Source of the DNA: a virus
IMG/VR virus record: IMGVR_UViG_3300029349_000001
Location: 64,001-128,000 of that record
Direction: 5' to 3' (one strand)
DNA: 64,000 nucleotides
Below, one piece after another: positions 56,735-64,000 of the stretch (position 1 is the first letter of the stretch; each line of letters begins with the position of its first letter). The notes beneath the pieces were generated by a model. That model made no database searches. It saw only the letters and a list, made by a program, of their open reading frames with translations, and had not been told where the DNA came from. The position numbers were made by a program, and so were the translations under genes.

Positions 56735-57397
56735 CTATTTTGTCAACTTTTTCCATTGCTTGGGATCTGGTCTATCTTCATCTCCACGCTTTGCGGGCTT
56801 ATAGTCCTTGCCTTCTCTTTCTTTTTTCTTTCTGATGTTTTCCCATAGGCCGGGTTTAGATCCGGCATCACTGGTATCGTCATTTTCGTCTGCGTACATG
56901 ACAAAATCGTGGATAGACCGCAATTGATCGTCAACAACGGCGATTTTACCCTGTAGCCACGTTTCTGTCAAATTTTTTCTAACTGTTTCGTTAGATTCTA
57001 CTTGAGATAGTATCGCATCAACATGAGTCTTAATAGCCTTCAATGAACTCAAACTCATACCCATTAGATCGTTCTTATATTCATCAAACTCTTCCATTAC
57101 TTCTTCGGTTTCGGTTTCAGCATCGTCGTCCTTTTCTTCCATATGATCTAATGCAAGCGCTAGTTGATCTTTTGTCTTTTTGAGAATCTCATCGGCTTTC
57201 CATGTTGGGCCAGAATTAGTAGTTCTATAAGATACAATATAGCCCATATCATAAGGTAGTTGCTGTATATCCTCTATAACTCCTTCACTACCATAATGAG
57301 TACATTCTGTATTAATATTTTTGATTCTATCTCCTACCTTCATCATAGATGAAATAGCAAACTGTATACCATTTAATATTGAAAAAATTCTATCCAT
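56735..57397 (-). CDS. Modular hypothetical phage protein
   Basis: SH3-like N-terminal part, acidic linker, WLQGKI helix, basic PGLWENIR tail. Confidence 0.6.
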   Translation of the reverse strand: MDRIFSILNGIQFAISSMMKVGDRIKNINTECTHYGSEGVIEDIQQLPYDMGYIVSYRTTNSGPTWKADEILKKTKDQLALALDHMEEKDDDAETETEEVMEEFDEYKNDLMGMSLSSLKAIKTHVDAILSQVESNETVRKNLTETWLQGKIAVVDDQLRSIHDFVMYADENDDTSDAGSKPGLWENIRKKKEREGKDYKPAKRGDEDRPDPKQWKKLTK

Positions 57398-58034
57398 GAT
57401 ATTGCTTTTCTAATTTAGAGTATAAAGAGTTATATAAAATATTGGCTAGTTTTATAGATCCTTGATTATCAGACTCGTAGTGAACACCCTGCATCATTCT
57501 ACAACGAGCAGTAATATTGACTATATTATCTAATGCGGTACTAATTTCTAGATTATTAGGATATTGCTTGCGAATAATTTCACAGGCTAAAGATGTATAC
57601 ACCGTATGGCCAGATGGGTAGGCTGGAGTATGATGAGTTTCTGTTGATATTATATTAATTGGAATATTATAATACGGAGCCAAATCATAGGGCCTTGGTC
57701 TATTATAAAAGTATTTAATATTTAATAAAATTGGCCTAATTATTCTATATACAGATCTAAAATAGTCTATAGAGAAACTAATATTTTGTTCTCTTATATA
57801 TTTATATAATAGTGCATTAGCGTCATCGTCTATTTGATATACCAGTAGTTTATCTGCATATGATAGTTTTTTTGTTAGCGAAGAAATTTTTAAGATTTCT
57901 CCCTTGGTAATATCACTATCATTTTCTGGTGGTTTGCCGAGTATGTTTTTCCAGTCGATATCTTTAGCAATATCGGGAATGGGATACTCTAGCTGATAAT
58001 TAACATATACGATATCATTAAGTTTTTTAGACAT
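57390..58034 (-). CDS. PAP2-family acid phosphatase
   Basis: KYFYNRPRP, YPSGH, RMMQGVHYESD. Confidence 0.88.
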   Translation of the reverse strand: MSKKLNDIVYVNYQLEYPIPDIAKDIDWKNILGKPPENDSDITKGEILKISSLTKKLSYADKLLVYQIDDDANALLYKYIREQNISFSIDYFRSVYRIIRPILLNIKYFYNRPRPYDLAPYYNIPINIISTETHHTPAYPSGHTVYTSLACEIIRKQYPNNLEISTALDNIVNITARCRMMQGVHYESDNQGSIKLANILYNSLYSKLEKQYHG

Positions 58035-58626
58035 AAAGACCGAGGAAGTTGTCTAGGCCCATTTGTGATATTTGCTTTAGATAACTTTCGTATGTTTCTA
58101 TGCCATTTTCACTACCCTGTAATAATGGAATCATAGAATTTGCTGTTAATTCATCACCCACAGCTCTTGCTGCTACAATCGTGGCTTTTTCTACAGATGC
58201 AGCTTCTCTTACAGACTGTAAATTATATTGGATCATAGCAACCATATCGTGTCTGGTCCAAGATTGAGGACTAACTATTAATGGCTGATAGTCCACGTCA
58301 AAAAATTCTAATCTTTTAAGATTAATCATTGCGTGTTCGTGTTCTTCTTCCGCATCCTTCTTAATGATAGCGGCGAGTTTCTTATATCCCCATCTATCAA
58401 GATGTACGGCCTGTGCAGATAATGATGTGGTTTGCTGCCAGTGAACATTCAAGGACTGCTTGAGCAAAGAGACTACTTCTTCGGATGAATAGTTAACAAC
58501 CTCTTGTGATTCAGCAGGTTCCTCTGTGGTGATTTCCTCTGAGATCGCTACTGGTTCAATAACTGTTTCATTTGTATTGTCTAGTGGTTGTTCTTGCTCT
58601 TTAATTAAATCTTCGATAGGCTTCAT
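58027..58626 (-). CDS. bfr: Bacterioferritin-like protein with degenerate ferroxidase centre
   Basis: RWGYKKL..EEEHEHA..RL.F, GDELTA, QMGLDNFL; acidic N-terminal extension. Confidence 0.75.
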   Translation of the reverse strand: MKPIEDLIKEQEQPLDNTNETVIEPVAISEEITTEEPAESQEVVNYSSEEVVSLLKQSLNVHWQQTTSLSAQAVHLDRWGYKKLAAIIKKDAEEEHEHAMINLKRLEFFDVDYQPLIVSPQSWTRHDMVAMIQYNLQSVREAASVEKATIVAARAVGDELTANSMIPLLQGSENGIETYESYLKQISQMGLDNFLGLYV

Positions 58627-58662
58627 GATTAACAAGTCTTTCCTTTTAAGAATACTAATACC

Positions 58663-59175
58663 TTACCACGCTTTACAAGACCAATATCTTGCTTTCCATT
58701 TTGGTCCAGGATTATCACAGTTATGTCTGGCCCTAAAGCTTTTTCTGCGTTCTGGAATATTTTTTTTGATTTTCATGTTAGGATCGCCAAAGCGTACAAT
58801 CACCACTTTGCCTTTATCGTTTTTGACATAAACAGCAAATTTTTTGGGACCATCTGAAGTTCTAAACGGCTTATTAAGGGTAACCTTTCGGCCTTTGTGT
58901 TCAGCCGCTATGGTCTTCTCATCTTCTTCATAAACTACATCTGCTTCTACTTCCCATACAAACTCGTTCCACTCATCGTCCCAAGAGCAGTTAGAAGCTA
59001 ATAAATTATCATGGACTTCTTGTAGGAGAGAACCTGATTTTGTTTTTGTTTGTCCTAAACACACAGCCACTCTTTGTTTAGAATCTGGATAGTCCTTTTT
59101 CATGATCTCGCTACCCATGCAGCGAGCAACAAAATCAGTACTTTTTTCATCGTCTTTAGGTGAGGGTATCGGCAT
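58663..59175 (-). CDS. Conserved-type modular phage protein
   Basis: AGGAG SD before MPIP; LNKPFR..KKFAVYV..RFGDPNM..SFRARHNC..YWSC. Confidence 0.7.
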   Translation of the reverse strand: MPIPSPKDDEKSTDFVARCMGSEIMKKDYPDSKQRVAVCLGQTKTKSGSLLQEVHDNLLASNCSWDDEWNEFVWEVEADVVYEEDEKTIAAEHKGRKVTLNKPFRTSDGPKKFAVYVKNDKGKVVIVRFGDPNMKIKKNIPERRKSFRARHNCDNPGPKWKARYWSCKAW

Positions 59176-59197
59176 ATAGTATCTCCTAGTAAAATAG

Positions 59198-60262
59198 CTA
59201 ATTAAGTATACACCCAGAGATAATTTGTGCTGTATTTTGCCACGACAGTAGTTTCGCAGCATCTAAACCAGCACTATTGGTGTTAATCTTATTTTTATAA
59301 ACATGTCTCATATAATCTATAGTTTGATCTATTTGTGATTGGCCTATTTTGGCCCAATTACCTTGGCCAGTAAATGCTTTACCATCATACGCTTTTTCTG
59401 TCTCTGAAATATCTACTAAGTAAGCATTTTGGGGATTGCAAAATTCTGTATGTGCAGAATAAAAGGTTGCAATAGCTGGCTTATTCATGGACATGGTTTC
59501 CAATAATTCCATATTCCATCCTTCGGCTCTGGAAATATAAATACCACAATCGCTTTGTTGAATAAGTCTAGCTAGTTCTTCCTGAGTTTCTGTACCAGGA
59601 ATAACTTTAAGTCTAGGATCTTCACCATATAATTCCTTCCATTTCTGTATTTCTTCCTTCGACGAATATGAGGATTGTTCTGAGGCTACTATCCATAATT
59701 CAACATCTTGTTCTGTGGGAAAAGCTAGCTTAAAAATTTTTGGTAAAATATCGTGTGCTTTTCTAACTTCCCATTTACCTATAGTAATAAAAACATATTT
59801 ATCTTTGGACGGCACATTTGATACTTCAATCTTGTCATCAAAGATGCGTCTATCCACCCCCAAAGGAGCAATATGAATCGGCTGTCTAACTCCATTAGAT
59901 ACTAAGATAGTTTTAGCCCATTCACTAGAGACAAACAACTCATCTGGTACAGACAGGTGCTTTTGTTCCAGTGTGTTTAGGGTATCTAATTCAAAAAATG
60001 GATACGCATAATATCTGCCGTTTCCTATGCGTGATGCTAGGTCAAATTGATGCCATATCTTAAGACATGGTGCTGCTGGATCAAATTCTATGCTCTCATT
60101 TAATAAAGTTAATACAATATCATAATCTTCTTTGTTTGTGACCATTGGATTATGTATCGGAAAATAGTCCACATGAACATATGGTAGTAATGCCTTAAGA
60201 ATATTTAAAGAGGCAATGCCATAGCCAGTAGTATTGATAGGAGCATATAAATTAATAGACAT
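59198..60262 (-). CDS. GT4 glycosyltransferase
   Basis: TGYG, PLGVD, GKWEVRK and intact EGWNMELLE. Confidence 0.88.
   Translation of the reverse strand: MSINLYAPINTTGYGIASLNILKALLPYVHVDYFPIHNPMVTNKEDYDIVLTLLNESIEFDPAAPCLKIWHQFDLASRIGNGRYYAYPFFELDTLNTLEQKHLSVPDELFVSSEWAKTILVSNGVRQPIHIAPLGVDRRIFDDKIEVSNVPSKDKYVFITIGKWEVRKAHDILPKIFKLAFPTEQDVELWIVASEQSSYSSKEEIQKWKELYGEDPRLKVIPGTETQEELARLIQQSDCGIYISRAEGWNMELLETMSMNKPAIATFYSAHTEFCNPQNAYLVDISETEKAYDGKAFTGQGNWAKIGQSQIDQTIDYMRHVYKNKINTNSAGLDAAKLLSWQNTAQIISGCILN
59201..59214 (-). promoter_or_regulatory. GGTGTAT-type putative promoter
   Basis: GGTGTATACTTAAT, 26 nt upstream of ATG 59175. Confidence 0.4.
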
Positions 60263-60263
60263 A

Positions 60264-61412
60264 TTAAACACCTAAGATTGGATTTTTATTTGAATGAACG
60301 GAACTAACTCTGCAAAACTGACCACACTTTGGCATGTGTTTAATAGACCCTGCACCTATATAACAACAGCATGACCGAATACCACCCAAAAGCTCTTGTA
60401 TCACACACTCAACAGGTCCCTTATAATCAACGACTATTTTGGTGCCTTCTGAAGCTCTATAAGTTTTTATATGGTCTTCATACATCTCTTGAGCATGATG
60501 TGTACTCATACCATAATATGTGAATTTAGTTTTTCTGCTATTTACTAGATTAGACTGATCGCATAGAGAAACTAGATTATCTTTGTATTTATCAATATTA
60601 GCAACAATCTTGTCTACAGACTTATCATGCTCCCATTCTCCATCGCACTCTTCTGACCCGGCAAAATAACCGCCTAGCATCACAAAGTCTGATCCAGCAC
60701 ATAGTGCTTTGCATACATCCCCTACGGTTTTATGTCCTCCATCGGAGCAAATTCTGCCGAGTTTTTTCTCTCCGTTTTGAAGTCCGTGGGCAACATATCC
60801 ATTTTCTAAACAACACGACAATTGCGGCACACCACAGCCTGTTAGGAACCTAGTTGTACACGCGGAGCCTCCACCTATTCCTGCCTTGATGATGTCTACT
60901 CCACCGTATATTAGTAGTTCTTGTGTAGATGATGTATTGGTTACATTGCCAGCCATAATAATCGATTCTGGAAAATGTTCTCTAACCTTCTTACAATATT
61001 TCACAAATACATCCATATGTCCATTTGGTACGTCTATGCATATATTAGGTTGTATGTTGGTTTTGTTTTTAAACTCTATTAAATTATTGATATCTGCTTT
61101 TTTATATCCTATAGATATCCATACATAGTCATGATTATGACTAGAATAGAAGTAATTAATGAGTTCTTCTGTTGTATGGTACTTGTGGAGACAGGTTATC
61201 ATTCTGTGGCGACTAAGAGCATCTGCCATTCTAAAAGAACTAAAACTCATATTGGCACAAATAATCGGTATGCCTGTCCACTCTCTCGGAGAATGATAGA
61301 ACTTAAATGTTCTATCTACATGAATATCAGATCGACTAGTAAGAGTAGATCTTTGTGGCACGATCAATACGTCATTGAAATCTAGTTTTTCTTCGTTTAC
61401 TATTTTTTGCAT
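60264..61412 (-). CDS. guaC: GMP reductase
   Basis: LDFNDVLI, DVPNG, GIGGGSACTTR, SDGG, YGMS, ASEG. Confidence 0.9.
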   Translation of the reverse strand: MQKIVNEEKLDFNDVLIVPQRSTLTSRSDIHVDRTFKFYHSPREWTGIPIICANMSFSSFRMADALSRHRMITCLHKYHTTEELINYFYSSHNHDYVWISIGYKKADINNLIEFKNKTNIQPNICIDVPNGHMDVFVKYCKKVREHFPESIIMAGNVTNTSSTQELLIYGGVDIIKAGIGGGSACTTRFLTGCGVPQLSCCLENGYVAHGLQNGEKKLGRICSDGGHKTVGDVCKALCAGSDFVMLGGYFAGSEECDGEWEHDKSVDKIVANIDKYKDNLVSLCDQSNLVNSRKTKFTYYGMSTHHAQEMYEDHIKTYRASEGTKIVVDYKGPVECVIQELLGGIRSCCCYIGAGSIKHMPKCGQFCRVSSVHSNKNPILGV

Positions 61413-61418
61413 ATCAGA

Positions 61419-61625
61419 TTATTTAATTCCTTTCAAGAACTCATCAGTATCATAACATTTCCAGTTTTTAAAATCATCAAACCCCGTCTCACTGACACAA
61501 ATTTTTGGTCCTGTCATAACACCCCTCCCTTTATATCTCTGTAGTGCTGCGAAAATTGCAGCCAGATGATCGGCGGCATCTATAATAAATTTAATTTGAC
61601 CAGACTTAACATAATATTTAGGCAT
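61419..61625 (-). CDS. Small hypothetical protein
   Basis: In-operon ORF. Confidence 0.6.
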   Translation of the reverse strand: MPKYYVKSGQIKFIIDAADHLAAIFAALQRYKGRGVMTGPKICVSETGFDDFKNWKCYDTDEFLKGIK

Positions 61626-61626
61626 T

Positions 61627-62160
61627 TTATACCGAGAAAAAATACCATCTTTTATAGGTATCTATATTTTCTGAAGAGTTGATATGTGTTAAATATTCTT
61701 TAATGTCGTCCCATGACGAGAAAATGGTTTGATGAGGAATAGTGCCAAACAACCAATCTGGAGCACTATTTTTTCCTTGTTCCATATGAACAATTATGGG
61801 TTTTTTCTGACGATTAGCCCAAAAAATTTCTTCATATGTGCCACACGGATGAATATCTAAATTGAGATTAACAATAAGAAAATCGCTTATATCAACCAAC
61901 CTTAGATCAACTCTCCTGATAACCTTCATCATTTCTGATAGTTCGTCGTATCTCTCTTTTTGTTTTAGCTTGGTTTTAATTACATGAGAGTCGTGATCTT
62001 CCATTCCTGTTGTTGTCGGCTTGGTAATTGGATTAAACACTATAACGCCCATATCTTCTAAAAAGGGCGTAATATTATCTCTCCAAGTAGCTCCTCTGTC
62101 GGCTACCCTATCCATAGCGCCAGCAAGATAAACTCTTTGTTTATTGAGACGATTCAGCAT
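61627..62160 (-). CDS. Nucleoside 2-deoxyribosyltransferase / nucleotide N-hydrolase-like protein
   Basis: VYLAG, FNP, DLRLVDISD, GTYEE, KKPI. Confidence 0.8.
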   Translation of the reverse strand: MLNRLNKQRVYLAGAMDRVADRGATWRDNITPFLEDMGVIVFNPITKPTTTGMEDHDSHVIKTKLKQKERYDELSEMMKVIRRVDLRLVDISDFLIVNLNLDIHPCGTYEEIFWANRQKKPIIVHMEQGKNSAPDWLFGTIPHQTIFSSWDDIKEYLTHINSSENIDTYKRWYFFSV

Positions 62161-62176
62161 TTATAAAACTCCTTAA

Positions 62177-62308
62177 TCAATACCTATCCTTAAACATAAA
62201 AGTAAACATATTATCAGAATGTGGTATATGCTCACCTTTATCTGTAATATCTTTAATCAGTCCAATAATTACGCCAATAATCAAAAATAACAATATAGTG
62301 TAGTTCAT
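62177..62308 (-). CDS. 43-aa single-TM protein (not in ORF track)
   Basis: MNYTILLFLIIGVIIGLIKD...RY-stop; ATGA overlap with the upstream gene and a GGAG SD. Confidence 0.55.
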   Translation of the reverse strand: MNYTILLFLIIGVIIGLIKDITDKGEHIPHSDNMFTFMFKDRY

Positions 62309-63039
62309 ACATCTCCAATCATATGAGTATACTTACGTCTCATATCCATAACTTCTTGAACCATTTGGTTTAATGTATCTGGATTGGATGACCTGCCCGT
62401 TGGGTTGTGATAGTACAGACCGACCGGATGGTTCACCATCTTTATTTTAGCGCCGCCGTCTGCAATACGCAACCACATATCTCCATCAGCCGCACTTAAG
62501 TATTTAGTATCAAACAACCCGAATCGCTCGTGTATGCTCTTTTTCCACAAAGGCATACAGTGAGGAGAATTGTGCATTAACAAGTTACGATTAGTGTGTG
62601 GTAATGCAGCGTATATTTCTGAATAATCATTATCTTCATATTTTTCATTAGCTTTATATGACATATATGTAATACCGTAGACTAAATCTAAGTCCGGATC
62701 TCTGTCAAAAGCCTTTAATAATAATTCAAAACTAAGAGCATTTTTCCTGTCGTCTATATTCCAGTTCCCTATGATCGAAGACCCACACAAACCAATAGCA
62801 TGATTCCAGCCAGCATATAAGCCTGGATCCTCGTCTAATTTATAGTATTTGATATTTGGATATTTTTCGGTTAATGGGATGATATGATCTTTTTCATTTT
62901 CTGGTGAGTTGCAATCCAGAAATACAAACTCTATCTGATCGAATATTGTTTGACGCAACATATCTTCTATGTAGCCTTGAACAAATTTTTCACCTTTATA
63001 ATAAGAACAAAATGATGAACATTTATAGTTTTGTGTCAT
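62305..63039 (-). CDS. GT2 family glycosyltransferase
   Basis: FLDCNS, GLYAGWN, NIDD, DGDMWLR. Confidence 0.88.
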   Translation of the reverse strand: MTQNYKCSSFCSYYKGEKFVQGYIEDMLRQTIFDQIEFVFLDCNSPENEKDHIIPLTEKYPNIKYYKLDEDPGLYAGWNHAIGLCGSSIIGNWNIDDRKNALSFELLLKAFDRDPDLDLVYGITYMSYKANEKYEDNDYSEIYAALPHTNRNLLMHNSPHCMPLWKKSIHERFGLFDTKYLSAADGDMWLRIADGGAKIKMVNHPVGLYYHNPTGRSSNPDTLNQMVQEVMDMRRKYTHMIGDV

Positions 63040-63596
63040 GATAGTATACCTATAGAGTTATATTCTTCGTGTGTTATATGATACTTGTGTTTTTCTAATA
63101 GTGCAATAGCTTTTGAAATCTCTTCGTTGTCAGACAGTATATTGTTTTCAAAAATAATTTTTGTGGGAAGGACTGGGGGATTATCGAAATAATCTAAAAT
63201 GATGACGGCATCGTGTCCTTCTGTGTCTATTTTTAGTAGATCTAATTTTGATATTTGATATTTGGAGACTATCTCTGTTAGTCTTTTAACTTCTATATTC
63301 TGTTCTTTGATCAAAGACATAGGGAGGCCATACTCCATAAGAGTTTTTACCACGGTTGGGTGTTGACTATTAATAGAATTACATCCTCTAATCCAATCTG
63401 GTAGACCATATTGTACTATATCTGAATACTCTACATAGTATGCTGTCGCAGAACCATTGTAGTTGCTAATAGCAATATTCTCTTTTGTGCAATGAGCCGG
63501 TAGTTTGTCATAGTAGAATTTGATTGGTTCAATAAAAATTCCAGGTGTTATTCCTGCTAAGGTATCAAAATCGGATGTTCCTATTTCTATAATCAT
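63036..63596 (-). CDS. FkbM-family methyltransferase
   Basis: IEIG, IEP, AIS, LLKIDTEGHD, IIFE. Confidence 0.88.
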   Translation of the reverse strand: MIIEIGTSDFDTLAGITPGIFIEPIKFYYDKLPAHCTKENIAISNYNGSATAYYVEYSDIVQYGLPDWIRGCNSINSQHPTVVKTLMEYGLPMSLIKEQNIEVKRLTEIVSKYQISKLDLLKIDTEGHDAVIILDYFDNPPVLPTKIIFENNILSDNEEISKAIALLEKHKYHITHEEYNSIGILS

Positions 63597-63604
63597 AATA
63601 TGTT

Positions 63605-64000
63605 TTATCTATAATTGTATATTACTGGTTGTGGGACTGTTCTAGATACAAAGTTTCTATATTTAAAGACCAACGGCTGAAAGATTCTACCAAGGATCTC
63701 ATTCCATTCTATAGGATAGTTAGACCTAACTCCATGTGGCTGAATTCCTCCATGACCATTACCTTCGGAACATTCTTGTGGATGCGTTGCTGGAAATTGT
63801 TTGAGTAATTCTGTTTTTTGCTCTATTAGATTTTTAGCAGATTGATACCATTCTGTTGTTAGTGGTGTTTTAGGCTTACTAATGAATCCTCCACAGCCTA
63901 TGAGTATATTCCAATATTTTTTGTAGTCAATGTGGGCTATTTGGTGATAGCTAAATTCTGGATATCCGCATAGAATAATATTTTCTTTTTCTGTTTCTTG
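63605..64000 (-). CDS. Partial ORF (runs off window), probably a capsular-polysaccharide-synthesis/GT32-like C-terminus
   Basis: Open frame reading ...LIGCGGFISKPKTPLTTEWY...YPIEWNEILGRIF. Confidence 0.5.
   Translation of the reverse strand, partial: QETEKENIILCGYPEFSYHQIAHIDYKKYWNILIGCGGFISKPKTPLTTEWYQSAKNLIEQKTELLKQFPATHPQECSEGNGHGGIQPHGVRSNYPIEWNEILGRIFQPLVFKYRNFVSRTVPQPVIYNYR

Noticed and set aside
360-61385. Numerous short ORFs antisense to or nested in larger genes
   Set aside because: They overlap well-supported genes and have no motifs; treated as shadow ORFs.
1-64000. tRNA/rRNA genes, integrase or IS elements
   Set aside because: Intergenic gaps are tiny and none show cloverleaf or transposase/integrase motifs by eye; a tRNAscan run would be needed to be certain.

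Overview
This is a gene-dense, AT-rich 64-kb segment of a large tailed-phage (jumbo-phage-like) genome read in the standard code. The + strand (1-17.4 kb) carries giant virion/tail-type proteins and a Thr/Pro-rich protein. The - strand carries a glycosyltransferase-like cluster, a bacterial-type replisome (SSB, split DnaE with DnaQ, Cas4-like nuclease, dNMP kinase, DnaG, DnaB, RecA), HNH, PhoH, class II RNR and dCMP deaminase. It continues with a membrane-protein/C1-peptidase block, adhesin-like proteins (propeller + trypsin, FGE-sulfatase domains), ClpP, a sigma factor, PAP2, a bacterioferritin-like protein, GMP reductase and a second glyco cluster. The top observation is in the PHP-domain start of DnaE. 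It is encoded as AAGGAG-n9-ATG MGVNRKYVPLHVHS(TCT)-TAG-AGAA-TCA(Ser)-HYSLLDG, a 10-nt out-of-frame insert with a stop codon, matched Ser codons and a perfect 8-bp hairpin, which is a candidate programmed ribosomal bypass/recoding element. That polymerase is also split into two intein-free genes flanking its proofreading exonuclease. Other notable patterns are several host-enzyme homologs lacking catalytic residues (DeoC, Bfr, Nudix, NTP-transferase, GT-B), a doubly circularly permuted FGE protein, HTH-like modules inside a Thr/Pro-rich protein, and a recurring GGTGTAT putative phage promoter. I saw no tRNA, rRNA or CRISPR array. All family calls are by-eye motif recognition; no searches were run.
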